Positions 27,464 to 38,555 of a stretch of 64,000 nucleotides of DNA are shown here, one piece after another (position 1 is the stretch's first letter; each line of letters opens with the position of its first letter). The DNA is taken from the NCBI GenBank assembly GCA_029932465.1, contig JAOZQA010000003.1, forward strand, positions 6,477 through 70,476, given 5' to 3'. Source of the stretch: Thermoplasmatota archaeon (GTDB taxonomy: Archaea > Thermoplasmatota > Penumbrarchaeia > Penumbrarchaeales > EX4484-36). The translations under genes and the position numbers were made by a program. The notes below the pieces were generated by a model that had not been told where the DNA came from, ran no database searches, and saw nothing but the letters and a program-made list of their open reading frames with translations.

Positions 27464-29811
27464 GGTTCAGGAAGCTCTACCCAGATGTTGAGGTCTACGA
27501 GATCCCCATAACGGAGATGGGGGATGAGGAGCTCAAAGAGGTTAGTGCGGAGATGAGCCTTGGCCTTTCATTGAAGGAGATGAAGAACATCGCAAGTTTC
27601 TTTCGTGAACGGGAGGGCAGAAACCCCACAGACATCGAACTGCAGGCCCTAGGGCAGGCGTGGTCCGAGCACTGCTGTTATAAGAGTTCCAAGGCGATAC
27701 TTAAGGCTACCATATTTGGGATTGAGGCTCCCCAGGCCATACTTGCAGTGAAGGAGGACGCAGGGGTGGTGGAGTTTGATGATGAGTGGGCATACGTGAC
27801 AGCCCTTGAATCCCACAACCATCCATCGGCTATAGTGCCCTACGGCGGCGCTGCCACGGGCGTGGGTGGGATTCTGAGAGATGTTCTCTGTATGGGCGCA
27901 CAGCCCATAGCTCTCACTGACCCGCTCTTTTTTGGTCCCCTTGACTATCCTTCGAATAGGCTTCCCCGGGGTGTGAAGCACCCCAAATACATAACCGCCG
28001 GGGTTGTAGCTGGAATCAGGGATTACGGAAACCGCGTTGGTATACCCACCGTGGCCGGGATGGTTGCCTTCCACCCCGGATACGTCGGCAACCCCCTGGT
28101 GAACGTGGGATGCATAGGTATGGTGAGAAAGAAGAAGATTGTCAGATCAAGGGTGGGGGGTGTGGGGGATTATTTCGTCCTGGCGGGAGGAAGGACGGGA
28201 AGGGATGGCATCCACGGGGTGACCTTTGCCTCCGCCGACTTGACGGGGGAGTCGGAGGAGAGGGATGTAGGTGCGGTACAGCTGGGTGACCCGATAGTCA
28301 AGGAGCCCCTGATGCATGCGGTGCTTGATATAAATGAGAAGGGACTGATAACCGGTATGAAGGATCTAGGCGGGGGAGGACTCTCTTGCGTCTCTGGAGA
28401 GATGGCGCTGGCTGCAGGGCTTGGGGCCGAGATAGAGCTGGACAAGGTCCTTCTCAAAGAGGAAAACATGGCCCCCTGGGAGATATGGGTCTCGGAGTCT
28501 CAAGAGAGGATGATGGTGACGACGAAGGAGGGCAACCTAGCCAAGGTTTTAGATATCTTCTCCAGCTGGGACGTGGAGGCCACTGTGATCGGGAGGGCTA
28601 CAGAAGGCAAGCGCATCCGGGTCTTCTGGAAGGGTAAGAAGATCTTGGATATGGACCTGGAGTTCCAGACCCGGGGTCCGCTCTACTGCAGACCTTATCT
28701 GGCGGTTTATAAGGAGAGGCGAGCAGAGGACCAGCTGCCCCCCATGCCAGAGGATCTCAACAATGTCTTTCTCCAGATGCTTGAGGACCCCAACCTGGCC
28801 AGTAAGGAATGGGTCGTGAGGCAGTACGACCATGAGGTTAGGGGAAGGACGATATTAAAACCCCTTCAGGGGGATGTGGTGAGGGTTACCCACGGGGACG
28901 CCTCAGTCCTGAAGCCCCTTGAGGACTCCTATAGGGGGCTGGCACTTACCACGGACGTGAACCCCTACCTCTGCGAGAGGGACCCCTACTGGGGAGCGGC
29001 CTCAGCGGTGGACGAGGCCGTTAGGAACCTTGTGTCCGTGGGCGCAAGGCCCCACTCTTTTAACGACTGTCTTAACTTCGGAAACCCTGAGAAGCCCGAA
29101 AGGCTGGGGGACCTTCGTGAGGCGGCTAGAGGTCTTGCCCACGTAGCAAGGGCCTTGGGGATACCCTTTGTCTCGGGTAATGTTTCCCTCTACAACGAAT
29201 CCGAGGTCGGGGCCGTGCCTCCCACACCTACAATCTTTGCCGTCGGCATCGTGGAGGATGTGCGACGGGCTACCACAGCGGACTTCAAGGAGGAGGGAAA
29301 CCTCATTTACTTGGTGGGCAGAACCCATCAGGAGATGGGGGGCTCCTTATATTACAGGATCCTAGGTTGGGAGGGGGGAGTGGTTCCCCAAGTGGACACG
29401 GATCTCCTGAGAAGATCAACGGAGGCCCTGCTGGAACTCAACCGCCTTGAACTCTTAAGGGCGGTCCACGACCTATCGGAAGGAGGGCTTGCCGCCGCCG
29501 CTGCTGAAATGGCCTTTGGAGGAGGCGTAGGAGTTCAGCTTGACCTCTCTGTTATTGAGGGGGGGAGGGATGATGTTATTCTCTTCTCCGAGTCCAACAC
29601 ACGCTGGCTCCTTGAGGTTCAGCCGGAGGGGACCGAGGGGCTGGAAGAACTTCTCACAAAACATGGCGTCCCGTTCATGAGGATAGGAAGCGTGGGAGGT
29701 GAGGAGCTTCTCTTTACCCGGGGTGGGAGGGAGCTTATGAGGGTTCCACTGGAAGAGGCTTGGCAGAGGTGGCACAGCTCAATATACCGACTCGTGGGGG
29801 TGGGAGAGTGA
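27460..29811 (+). CDS. purL: Phosphoribosylformylglycinamidine synthase II (PurL)
   Basis: 783 aa with PurL/AIRS-like domains. GTG start overlaps the purS stop (GTGA). Confidence 0.9.
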   Translation: MRFRKLYPDVEVYEIPITEMGDEELKEVSAEMSLGLSLKEMKNIASFFREREGRNPTDIELQALGQAWSEHCCYKSSKAILKATIFGIEAPQAILAVKEDAGVVEFDDEWAYVTALESHNHPSAIVPYGGAATGVGGILRDVLCMGAQPIALTDPLFFGPLDYPSNRLPRGVKHPKYITAGVVAGIRDYGNRVGIPTVAGMVAFHPGYVGNPLVNVGCIGMVRKKKIVRSRVGGVGDYFVLAGGRTGRDGIHGVTFASADLTGESEERDVGAVQLGDPIVKEPLMHAVLDINEKGLITGMKDLGGGGLSCVSGEMALAAGLGAEIELDKVLLKEENMAPWEIWVSESQERMMVTTKEGNLAKVLDIFSSWDVEATVIGRATEGKRIRVFWKGKKILDMDLEFQTRGPLYCRPYLAVYKERRAEDQLPPMPEDLNNVFLQMLEDPNLASKEWVVRQYDHEVRGRTILKPLQGDVVRVTHGDASVLKPLEDSYRGLALTTDVNPYLCERDPYWGAASAVDEAVRNLVSVGARPHSFNDCLNFGNPEKPERLGDLREAARGLAHVARALGIPFVSGNVSLYNESEVGAVPPTPTIFAVGIVEDVRRATTADFKEEGNLIYLVGRTHQEMGGSLYYRILGWEGGVVPQVDTDLLRRSTEALLELNRLELLRAVHDLSEGGLAAAAAEMAFGGGVGVQLDLSVIEGGRDDVILFSESNTRWLLEVQPEGTEGLEELLTKHGVPFMRIGSVGGEELLFTRGGRELMRVPLEEAWQRWHSSIYRLVGVGE

Positions 29812-30635
29812 AGGCAGAGGAGGTCTACGTGGGAATACTTAGAATGGAGGGTACCAACTGCGAGCAGGAAATGTATGAAAGCTTTTTGAGGGCGGGAGCC
29901 ACCCCCGAGCTGGTTCACATAAAGCAACTTGAAGGGAAGGTATCGTGGCCCGAGGAGAGGAGGAGCCTGGAGGACTACCATATTATAATGATCCCGGGGG
30001 GCTTCTCCGCCGGAGACTACATAAGGGCGGGAGCTATCTTCGCAGCGAGGCTGAAAGCTTCACTCGGAAACGAGCTCAGGAGGTTCGTTGAGGAGGGGAG
30101 GCTTATCGGGGGGGTGTGTAATGGCTTTCAGATACTTGTGGAACTGGGCCTCCTCCCTGGGATAGGAGATATAATGACCGAGCATCCGCAGGCAGCCCTC
30201 ATCACTAACGATTCCGGGGTATTTGAATGCCGCCCCACTCTGGTCAAGCACGCTGGGGGGGGAAAGAGTGCTTTCACGCACCTGATACCCCCTGGGGAGA
30301 TTCTCCAGATACCTGTGGCCCACGCCGAGGGCAAGTTCGTTGTGGAGAGTGAGTCCATCCTTGACGAGATGCTCCAGAACGAGCAGGTGGTCTTTCGCTA
30401 TGTGAACAAGGAGGGGAGCTATGCGGGATATCCCTGGAACCCCAACGGTTCGGTGCTCAGCATTGCAGGGATAATGAACCCCACAGGGAATGTTTTTGGT
30501 ATGATGCCCCATCCGGAGAGGGTATACTTCAGGTACAATCACACAACGTGGCCCCGGGAGGGGCTTCCGACAGAGGAAGGTGACGGGGCGGCAATCTTCC
30601 GCTCCGCTGTTGAATACGTGAGGAGAAGGTTCTAA
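29808..30635 (+). CDS. purQ: Phosphoribosylformylglycinamidine synthase glutaminase subunit PurQ
   Basis: Class I GATase: GVCNGFQ with catalytic Cys, HPE near the C-terminus. GTG start overlaps the purL stop. The ORF-track start at 29760 is over-extended. Confidence 0.85.
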   Translation: MKAEEVYVGILRMEGTNCEQEMYESFLRAGATPELVHIKQLEGKVSWPEERRSLEDYHIIMIPGGFSAGDYIRAGAIFAARLKASLGNELRRFVEEGRLIGGVCNGFQILVELGLLPGIGDIMTEHPQAALITNDSGVFECRPTLVKHAGGGKSAFTHLIPPGEILQIPVAHAEGKFVVESESILDEMLQNEQVVFRYVNKEGSYAGYPWNPNGSVLSIAGIMNPTGNVFGMMPHPERVYFRYNHTTWPREGLPTEEGDGAAIFRSAVEYVRRRF

Positions 30636-30707
30636 AGAAGGGTGGCAATCTCAAGAGGGGTTAGATGATGAAAAGAGGGTCAGATGAGCTGAAAGCGGTG
30701 ATTGGCC

Positions 30708-32633
30708 CTATGAGTGCTGATAACCCCCTTCTGCCCCCTTAAGTTCTATCCTGAATGTCGCACCCCCATTGGTCCCCTCTACAAGTTCGATCCTTCCTCC
30801 ATATCTCTCTACTGCCTTTTTGGCAAGATAGAGGCCGAGCCCTGTCCCACCCCTCTTCCCGTAGGAGAATCCTTCTTCAAAGATTCTTTCCTTGATCTCC
30901 GATGGAATCCCCTTGCCATCGTCGCGGACTGTTATTTTGTACATGCCATTATCGCCGGGCCTTACGATCACGTCAACCCTCCTCGCACTGCCATGGATTA
31001 TGGAGTTGTGAACAAGGTTCTGAAAGAGCGAAATTATGCCCTCGTCCGCCATCACCGTGGCATCGCCGTCAAGGGATATCTCCACGCTATACATCCCCCG
31101 AATCTCCTTCAGAACCTCTGAGATGGTAATATGTTTCAGTCCTTCTCCTTTCCCTGCCAGAGATTCAAGGCTCCTCATCTCTTCTATAAGACTCTCTATC
31201 CTTTCCATGGTGGTCTTCATCTTGTCAAGATAATTGGGATTGCCTTTGGACATATACAGGTCCAGATACCCTCTAAGAACGGTAGTCTGATTTAGAATGT
31301 CATGCCTTAGGGTCTTTGTAATAACTTTAAGCGAGCCATACGCTGCCTGCAGCTCGTTGTTCATCCTTTCGACGCTCTCCAGCAGTCTTTGATGTCTCAG
31401 AGCCATGGAAGCTGATGGAAGCAAGTCGGGTAGAATTGCTATATTCTTTTGAAGGCCTGCTGAATCCTTTTTCGAAAGGAGGAATATGGCACCTAAAAGC
31501 TTCCCCTCTGCCAAAAGTGGCGCGGCCAACATGCTTCTGTAGCCCAGACTCTTGATGATGGAAAGGAGGTTGCTGCGGCATTGAAGATTATTAATATCCT
31601 CCACCAATGCAGTCTGGCCCATCAGAAGACCTCTTAAATGGTAGCAGTCTGAAAGGCTCATGCTTATCCCGTCGACCTTCTGGGCATCTTCTTCGGGACC
31701 TGAGATGGCTACGACCTTAAGCTTCTTTTCATCTTCTCCAGATGCTGTGATGAAGACGAGGTCTCCCGTAAGGAGGGATCTGAGGTGCTGCAGCAAAGTG
31801 TTGTACATCCCTTTCGTGGATTCGGCAGATAGCAGATAGAGGGTGATTTCATTAATGGCTCTTCTTTTGAGAAGCTCCCTCTCTATGGCCTTCTCGTTCT
31901 TTCGCTGATCGGTCACATCAATACCGGTGCCGATGATATACGTTACTTTCCCCTCCTCATCGGCAATGAAAGTGTTTCTCCAGCTTATCAGTCTTCTCTC
32001 TCCGGACTTTGTCACCCAGTGATTTTCATACTCGCTTGGAAGAGAGGCTTCTTGAAGGTTGGAGAAGACCCTCCTTACGCCTTCCCTCTCATCTTCGGGT
32101 ATGAGAAGCTCGAAGAGGGATTTCCCTCTAACTTCACTCCCCTTGTATCCAGTAAGCTCTTCACACGCCCTATTGAAGAGGGTTATTCTACCCTCCCGAT
32201 CGAGAACAACAACCAAGGCGCCTACGACCTCCAGTATGCTCTTCAGAAGGTTCCTTTCACGGCTCAGCTCAATCTCTGCTACTTTCCCGTCAGTCATATC
32301 AAGAATTATATGGAGAGTGCCAGAGGGTCTTCCATCCTTTCCCGATATGGGTACGGTAATCACTTCCATGTACATGCCGTATTCTTTTTCATACATGACC
32401 TCCTGAACGGAATCTCCGCTGGATATGGATCTTACGTGGGGACACTCTGGTATGGGCTCAGAGGTTCTGTGAATGACCTCATAACACTTTCTGCCCACTA
32501 CGTTCTCTCCAAAGAGCTCCTTGAACCTCTTGTTCGCATAGAGAATCCTGAAATCCGCGCTGTGAAGGGATACAGGAAAGGGTAGATATTCCATGATATT
32601 CAATAGCAGTCCCCCGATATCGCTCTCCTGCAT
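30708..32633 (-). CDS. Sensor histidine kinase: PAS - PAS - GAF - HisKA - HATPase_c (no TM)
   Basis: Two PAS-like blocks and a GAF-like region. Phospho-acceptor region TLRHDILNQ. ATP-lid GTGLGLYLAKKAVERYGGRI. No response regulator nearby. Confidence 0.75.
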   Translation of the reverse strand: MQESDIGGLLLNIMEYLPFPVSLHSADFRILYANKRFKELFGENVVGRKCYEVIHRTSEPIPECPHVRSISSGDSVQEVMYEKEYGMYMEVITVPISGKDGRPSGTLHIILDMTDGKVAEIELSRERNLLKSILEVVGALVVVLDREGRITLFNRACEELTGYKGSEVRGKSLFELLIPEDEREGVRRVFSNLQEASLPSEYENHWVTKSGERRLISWRNTFIADEEGKVTYIIGTGIDVTDQRKNEKAIERELLKRRAINEITLYLLSAESTKGMYNTLLQHLRSLLTGDLVFITASGEDEKKLKVVAISGPEEDAQKVDGISMSLSDCYHLRGLLMGQTALVEDINNLQCRSNLLSIIKSLGYRSMLAAPLLAEGKLLGAIFLLSKKDSAGLQKNIAILPDLLPSASMALRHQRLLESVERMNNELQAAYGSLKVITKTLRHDILNQTTVLRGYLDLYMSKGNPNYLDKMKTTMERIESLIEEMRSLESLAGKGEGLKHITISEVLKEIRGMYSVEISLDGDATVMADEGIISLFQNLVHNSIIHGSARRVDVIVRPGDNGMYKITVRDDGKGIPSEIKERIFEEGFSYGKRGGTGLGLYLAKKAVERYGGRIELVEGTNGGATFRIELKGAEGGYQHS

Positions 32634-32757
32634 GCTACATCCTTCCTAAACAAAGAAAAAAGATATAGAAACCGCTATAAAAACCTTGACCCATGGGTTC
32701 CCCAGGGGATTTTAAAAACTGCAACCTTCTTAAGGGATAGAAGCATAGCATACCATC

Positions 32758-33513
32758 ATGGAAGACGATAGCAGTGTACTTCAGGAGAGGATAGGGGAGG
32801 CCGCCGAGATTATAAGAAGAAGGGGCCCTGCACTCGTCCTCACGGGCGCTGGGATCTCCATAGACTCCGGAATACCGCCTTTCAGAGGCCCCGGAGGCCT
32901 ATGGGAAAGGTATGACCCGGAGGAGTACGGCCATATAGAGGTTCTGAAGAGAGACCCAGAGAAGGCCTGGATCATGCTGAGGGACATGCTCACGACAATT
33001 CTAAAGGCTAGACCTAACGAGGCCCACTACGCCCTGGCAGAGCTGGAGAGGGCAGGATTCATCTCTTATGTGGTTACACAAAACGTTGATGGCCTCCATG
33101 AAATGGCTGGGAGCAGGAGAGTTCTTAACTTCCACGGCGGGGGAAGGTACCTCTACTGCATGAAGTGCTCCTCTCGCAGGGAGCTTGAGAGCGTGGAGGA
33201 TATAGACCCCATAAAATGTACCTGCGGCGGGTACTTCAGGCCCCCTTACGTCTTCTTCGGAGAGCCCATACCCCATGAAGTTCTCAGCCGCTCCTTTATT
33301 GAGGCCACAAGGGCCGATGTCATACTTGTGATAGGAACCTCTGCCGGTGTCTATCCTGCGGCACAGCTCCCTTATGAAGTCAAAAGGCATGGTGGAGTTG
33401 TAGTGGAGGTAAACCCCTCTCCCACACCACTGACAGGGACCATAACGGATATTTTCATACAGTCTGGTTCCAGCGACGCGCTGGTAAAGCTCAAAGAGTA
33501 CCTACTGGGATAA
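32758..33513 (+). CDS. cobB: NAD-dependent protein deacetylase, Sir2 family
   Basis: GAGISxxSGIPxFR, QNVDGLH, HG, and the Zn module CMKC...CTCGG. Confidence 0.85.
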   Translation: MEDDSSVLQERIGEAAEIIRRRGPALVLTGAGISIDSGIPPFRGPGGLWERYDPEEYGHIEVLKRDPEKAWIMLRDMLTTILKARPNEAHYALAELERAGFISYVVTQNVDGLHEMAGSRRVLNFHGGGRYLYCMKCSSRRELESVEDIDPIKCTCGGYFRPPYVFFGEPIPHEVLSRSFIEATRADVILVIGTSAGVYPAAQLPYEVKRHGGVVVEVNPSPTPLTGTITDIFIQSGSSDALVKLKEYLLG

Positions 33514-33641
33514 GTTTTCTGGGAAATGTATAAATTTCTTAATCCTATTACCCCATGCCCCCCAGGAGAGGTCCCGGCGGAGGGCTGTAAGGGGGCGAGC
33601 GTTTCTTTGTAGCAAGGAGAGGAGAGAAAAAACCCCATGAG

Positions 33642-34220
33642 ATGGAGGAGCAGAAGATGATGGAGATACGTTTTCATGGCAGAGGCGGCCAAGGTGCGGT
33701 GGTTGCCTCAAGGATTCTCGCAGCGGCAGCCTTTCTGGAGGGGAAGGACGTACAGGCCTTTCCCTTCTTCGGCGTTGAAAGACGCGGAGCCCCCGTGACA
33801 GCCTTCACCAAGATCGATGAGAAGCCTATACGGATAAAGTCGGAAATAGATGAGCCTGATTACGTCATTGTCATGGACACCGCCCTTCTCAGCGCTGTAG
33901 ATGTAACGCAGGGGCTGAAAAAGGGAGGGCTTGTCCTCATAAATACCGAGAAGAGCGCTGAGGAGATACACGAGATACTTGGCGCGGAAAAGGTCGCTGT
34001 TGTTGATGCCACTGAGATAGCAATACGCAATCAACTTGGGACGAAAGTACAGCCCATAGTAAATACGGCCCTAGTAGGGGCCTTTGCCAGAGCATCGGGA
34101 ATAGTAAAACTGGACTCCGTTGTACAGGCCATAGGGAGCGAGGTACCTAGGAACCCTGAGAGGAACCAGCAGGCGGCCCGTGATGCCTACGAATCAACAG
34201 TGGTTATGGAATTCTCATAA
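33642..34220 (+). CDS. porG: Pyruvate/2-oxoacid:ferredoxin oxidoreductase gamma subunit
   Basis: [16 protein letters not shown] motif. The start may be the internal ATG at 33657/33660, which follows GGAGGAG. Confidence 0.85.
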   Translation: MEEQKMMEIRFHGRGGQGAVVASRILAAAAFLEGKDVQAFPFFGVERRGAPVTAFTKIDEKPIRIKSEIDEPDYVIVMDTALLSAVDVTQGLKKGGLVLINTEKSAEEIHEILGAEKVAVVDATEIAIRNQLGTKVQPIVNTALVGAFARASGIVKLDSVVQAIGSEVPRNPERNQQAARDAYESTVVMEFS

Positions 34221-34233
34221 GGAGGTGCGAAGT

Positions 34234-34548
34234 TTGATACCCTATGACAAATTGCCCCATACGCCCATAGCAAGCGTAAATTCCGTTGTGGTGAAGACCG
34301 GTGCCTGGAGGACCTTCAAGCCGGTCATAAATTACGAGAAGTGCATCAGGTGTATGATCTGCTGGAAATTCTGCCCCGACGTCTCTATCAGACTCGAAGA
34401 CGGTAGCAGCTATCCAGCACAGAGCGAGAGGATCAAGGAGACCATAAAAGAGGCACCGGTTATAGATTACGACCATTGCAAGGGATGCGGAATCTGTGCA
34501 GAGGAGTGCCCTACGAAGGCCATAGAGATGGTCCCGGAGGAGAAGTGA
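34234..34548 (+). CDS. porD: Pyruvate:ferredoxin oxidoreductase delta subunit (2x[4Fe-4S] ferredoxin)
   Basis: CIRCMICWKFCPD and CKGCGICAEECP clusters. TTG start at 34234 sits 6 nt after GGAGGTG. The ORF-track ATG at 34180 overlaps porG. Confidence 0.75.
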   Translation: MIPYDKLPHTPIASVNSVVVKTGAWRTFKPVINYEKCIRCMICWKFCPDVSIRLEDGSSYPAQSERIKETIKEAPVIDYDHCKGCGICAEECPTKAIEMVPEEK

Positions 34549-34558
34549 GGTTGATACG

Positions 34559-35755
34559 ATGGTAAGGATGCTTCTTACCGGAAATAAGACGACCGCTTAT
34601 TCTGCGATGAGGTCAAGGGTTCAAGTGGTCTCCGCCTACCCGATCACCCCCCAGACCACCATAGTTGAACACATTGCTGAGTTCATCGCTGACGGACTTA
34701 TGAAAGCAGAATACATCCAGGTGGAGTCGGAACACTCCGCCATGGCCGCCGCGATAGCCGCTTCCAATACCGGCGCCAGGGCCTTCACTGCTACCTCCGC
34801 CCACGGGCTTCTCCTGATGCATGAGATGTTGCACTGGGCCACGGGTGCAAGGCTCCCCGTGGTCATGGTCAACGTGAACAGAGCCTTAGGGCCCCCATGG
34901 TCGGTTTGGGCGGATCATCTGGATTCCATCTCACAGAGGGACACCGGCTGGATGCAGTATTATGTGGAGAATAACCAGGAGATCTTCGACACGGTGATTA
35001 TGGCCTATAAGGTATCGGAGAGACCTGACATCATGCTTCCGTCCATGATATCCCAGGACGCTTTCTACCTCTCTCATACTGTAGAACCCGTTGATATTGT
35101 GGAACAAGAGGTTGTGGACAACTACCTTCCCCCCTACGACCCACCCTACAGACTTGACGTCAATAATCCGGCGGGGTTTGGTTCACTTGTGATGCCCAAC
35201 CACTACTACGAGTTCCGCTACAAGATAGCCGAGGCCATGGAGAAGGCTAAGAAGTACATAAAGGAAGCAGCTGAGGAGTGGTACGAGATTACTGGCAGGG
35301 ACTACAGAGGACTTCTCGATTGCTACAGGTGCGAGGATGCTGACGTGGTCCTCTTCGGTGCAGGGACCATGATGTCCACTGCAAAGGAAGTCGTGGACTG
35401 GATGAGAGCCGAAGGAAAGAAGGTAGGTGTAGCTAGGATCAGAGTCTTCAGGCCCTTCCCGGGGGAGGACGTCAGGAAGGTCGCTGATGGGGCGGCTGCT
35501 ATAGGCGTCATGGACAGGGCATACGGGTTCGGCCGGGGCGGGGCCTTTTTCAATGAGGTCAACTCCGCCCTCTACAACCATCGAAATCGTCCACCCACAA
35601 AGAACTATATCATCGGCTTAGGTGGCAGGGATGTGAAACCAAGACATATAAGGGCCATATTCAATGACCTCCTGAAGGTGAAAGATGAAGGATTGGATGA
35701 GGAGTTCCGGTGGTTTGGCTTAAGAAGGGAGAACATGCCAGAGGAGGAGATATAA
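34559..35755 (+). CDS. porA: Pyruvate:ferredoxin oxidoreductase alpha subunit
   Basis: AYPITPQT N-terminal signature; ~398 aa; SD GAGGT upstream. Confidence 0.9.
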   Translation: MVRMLLTGNKTTAYSAMRSRVQVVSAYPITPQTTIVEHIAEFIADGLMKAEYIQVESEHSAMAAAIAASNTGARAFTATSAHGLLLMHEMLHWATGARLPVVMVNVNRALGPPWSVWADHLDSISQRDTGWMQYYVENNQEIFDTVIMAYKVSERPDIMLPSMISQDAFYLSHTVEPVDIVEQEVVDNYLPPYDPPYRLDVNNPAGFGSLVMPNHYYEFRYKIAEAMEKAKKYIKEAAEEWYEITGRDYRGLLDCYRCEDADVVLFGAGTMMSTAKEVVDWMRAEGKKVGVARIRVFRPFPGEDVRKVADGAAAIGVMDRAYGFGRGGAFFNEVNSALYNHRNRPPTKNYIIGLGGRDVKPRHIRAIFNDLLKVKDEGLDEEFRWFGLRRENMPEEEI

Positions 35756-36667
35756 ATGGTGAAGCTGACCATTCCTGAGATCGAACTGATGTCCCCGGGG
35801 CATACGGGTTGCCAGGGTTGCGGAGCCACAATAGCCATGAGATATGCCCTCAAAGCCCTGGGAGAGAAGACCATAGTGTCAATTCCAGCATGTTGCTGGG
35901 CGGTGATGCCGGGGGTCTGGCCCAACAACTGCATGAGGGTCCCGCTCCTCTATACCGCTTTTGAGACCACAGGGGCGTCTATATCCGGTATAAAGGCGGC
36001 ACTTCGAGCCCTGGGGGAGGAGGATGTGACCGTTATGGGGTGGGCTGGAGACGGCGGCACAGCAGACATTGGAATGCAGGCCCTCTCCGCAGCAGCAGAG
36101 CGGAACGAGGATGTGATATACGTTATGTACGACAACGAGGCCTACATGAACACGGGGATCCAGCGCTCCGGGGCGACGCCTTTGGGGGCGTGGACGACGA
36201 CCACTCCGGTGGGTAAGACCAAGTTCTGGGAGAGGAGACCCAAGAAGCCGATGGTAGACATTGTGGCCGCTCATAAGGTCCCCTACGCCGCCACGCTCTC
36301 CATAGGCTACCCGGAGGACTTCGTGAAGAAGATGAAGAAGGCCAAAGAGATAAGTGGCTTCAGGTTCCTTCATATTTACTCCCCCTGCCCTACGGGATGG
36401 AAATCACCCCCGCAGTACACTCCGAAACTGGCAAAGCTAGCAGTCACCTCACGTGCCTTCCCCCTCTACGAGGTGGAAGAAGGCATCTACCGCGTAACTA
36501 TGAAGCCCAAGAAGACCCCCTTGAAGGAGTACCTCATGCTCCAGGGAAGGTTCAGGCATTTAACTGATGAGGACATGAAGGAGCTGGAGAGGGATATTGA
36601 AAGACGCTGGAAGGAGCTTCTGCTCAAAGAAGAGATGACCGCAAAACTGGAGGAATTGAATGAGTGA
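35756..36667 (+). CDS. porB: Pyruvate:ferredoxin oxidoreductase beta subunit (TPP-binding)
   Basis: TPP-binding GDGG...N motif (GWAGDGGTADIG...YDNEAYMNTG) and Cys ligands (CQGCG). The start abuts the porA stop. Confidence 0.9.
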   Translation: MVKLTIPEIELMSPGHTGCQGCGATIAMRYALKALGEKTIVSIPACCWAVMPGVWPNNCMRVPLLYTAFETTGASISGIKAALRALGEEDVTVMGWAGDGGTADIGMQALSAAAERNEDVIYVMYDNEAYMNTGIQRSGATPLGAWTTTTPVGKTKFWERRPKKPMVDIVAAHKVPYAATLSIGYPEDFVKKMKKAKEISGFRFLHIYSPCPTGWKSPPQYTPKLAKLAVTSRAFPLYEVEEGIYRVTMKPKKTPLKEYLMLQGRFRHLTDEDMKELERDIERRWKELLLKEEMTAKLEELNE

Positions 36668-38555
36668 GGATATCACCATGGACGAGCCTGGCAGGAGACT
36701 TCTCCTTCTAGGCAACGAGGCCATAGCAAGGGGGGCGATAGAAGCAGGGGTTCAGGTTGCAGCCACATACCCCGGGACGCCCTCCTCCGAGATAGGCAAC
36801 ACCCTTCACAGGGTCGCGAAGAGGGCGGGGATCTATTTTGAGTTCTCCACGAACGAGAAAGTGGCTATGGAGGTGGCTGGTGCCGCTGCTACGGCTGGGG
36901 TGAGAAGCCTTACCTTCATGAAGCATGTGGGCTTGAACGTGGCTTCGGACCCCTTCATGACAGTGGTCTACACAGGAGTGAGGGGGGGCCTGGTGGTGGT
37001 AACGGCGGACGACCCCCACGCCCACTCTTCACAGAACGAGCAGGACAACCGCTATTACGCACGCCTCTCGGGGGCCCCCATGGTGGAGCCCTCCCTCCCG
37101 CAGGAAGCTAAGGACCTTCTTCTCTACGCCTATGACATCTCAGAGAAATACGAGATACCTGTCCTCTACCGGACCACAACGAGGCTCAACCACGCCCGGG
37201 GGGACGTTGCTCTGGGTCCGATAAGGAGGGAGAGAAGAAAGCCGAAATGGGAGAGGGATATCTCAAGGTTTGTGGTCGTGCCCGCTAACGCAAGAGTACG
37301 CCATGCCGAGCTTCTGAAGAAGATGGAGGCCCTTCAGGCGGAGGCAGAGCGGTGCCCCTTCAATCGGGTGGAGGTGTTCGGAGATGGGGAGAGAAGAGTG
37401 GGAATCATAACCTCTGGGGTCTCTTACAATTACGTGAGGGAGGCCCTTCAGAAGAGCACCTTCGGCACCTGTATCTCCGTCCTCAAACTCACCTTCACCT
37501 ACCCTCTTCCCGTCAGCACGATATATGACTTCATGAAGGACAAAGACACTGTTATCGTAGTTGAGGAGCTTGAACCGGTCCTTGAGACGGACATCAAAGC
37601 CCTCGCCAAGGAAATGGAACTCACTGTCCCAATCCTAGGGAAGAGGGACGGCTACTTCCCGCGCGCACTTGAGTTTAATCCCGATATAGTATACTCAGGG
37701 ATAGCGGCGGCCCTTGGTGAGGAGGTGAGTCTGGAGAGGATAGATTGGAAGGAGATTCCCCTGCCAACACGCCCACCAGCCCTCTGCCCCGGTTGTCCTC
37801 ATAGGGGAACCTATTATGCCGTCAAGAAGGCTACTGGTGGTAAGGGTGTCTTCCCCACAGACATTGGCTGTTACACCCTTGGAATACAGCCCCCCTACCA
37901 GTTAGGGGACCTTCTATTCTGCATGGGCTCCTCCACAGGCACCCCTGGGGGCTTCTACAGGGCTCTCGGGGAGGACTCAGGCCCAATAATATCTTTCATA
38001 GGAGATTCCACATTCTTCCATACAGGGATCCCTGGGTTGATCAATGCCATTCATAATCGCCACAGGTTTGTTCTCGTCATCATGGACAATGCTACAACTG
38101 CTATGACTGGCCATCAACCCCACCCGGGTCTCCCCGTGGACGGTATGGGGGAACACGCTCCAGTGGTCTCCATTGAAAAGGTGGTGAAGGCCCTAGGAGT
38201 GGGCTTTGTCAAGGTGGTAAACCCCTTGAAGCTGGATGAGACTACAGAGGTCATCAAAGAGGCGATTGAGTACTCTAAGGAGAACGGTGTGGCAGTTGTG
38301 ATAACCCGATATCCATGTGCTCTGCTCATCTTGAGGGAATACCGCCGCACCGGCAGGAAGGTCCCCCTCTGGCAGGTCGAGCAGGAGAAGTGCACCCGCT
38401 GCGGCATCTGCACGAAGGCTTTCGCCTGCCCCGCCTTCTGGGTGGATGAGGAGAACTATCCACACATAGACCCTGCACTCTGTGCCGGCTGCGGTGCATG
38501 TGAGCAGGTCTGTCCCTTTGGAGCAATCAAACCGGTTAAGGAGGTGGAAGAATGA
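36660..38555 (+). CDS. iorA: Indolepyruvate:ferredoxin oxidoreductase alpha subunit
   Basis: LLLGNEAIARGAIEAGV...YPGTPSSEI, a TPP domain, and a C-terminal pair of 4Fe-4S motifs (CTRCGIC...CP, CAGCGACEQVCP). Overlaps the porB stop. Confidence 0.85.
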   Translation: MSEDITMDEPGRRLLLLGNEAIARGAIEAGVQVAATYPGTPSSEIGNTLHRVAKRAGIYFEFSTNEKVAMEVAGAAATAGVRSLTFMKHVGLNVASDPFMTVVYTGVRGGLVVVTADDPHAHSSQNEQDNRYYARLSGAPMVEPSLPQEAKDLLLYAYDISEKYEIPVLYRTTTRLNHARGDVALGPIRRERRKPKWERDISRFVVVPANARVRHAELLKKMEALQAEAERCPFNRVEVFGDGERRVGIITSGVSYNYVREALQKSTFGTCISVLKLTFTYPLPVSTIYDFMKDKDTVIVVEELEPVLETDIKALAKEMELTVPILGKRDGYFPRALEFNPDIVYSGIAAALGEEVSLERIDWKEIPLPTRPPALCPGCPHRGTYYAVKKATGGKGVFPTDIGCYTLGIQPPYQLGDLLFCMGSSTGTPGGFYRALGEDSGPIISFIGDSTFFHTGIPGLINAIHNRHRFVLVIMDNATTAMTGHQPHPGLPVDGMGEHAPVVSIEKVVKALGVGFVKVVNPLKLDETTEVIKEAIEYSKENGVAVVITRYPCALLILREYRRTGRKVPLWQVEQEKCTRCGICTKAFACPAFWVDEENYPHIDPALCAGCGACEQVCPFGAIKPVKEVEE

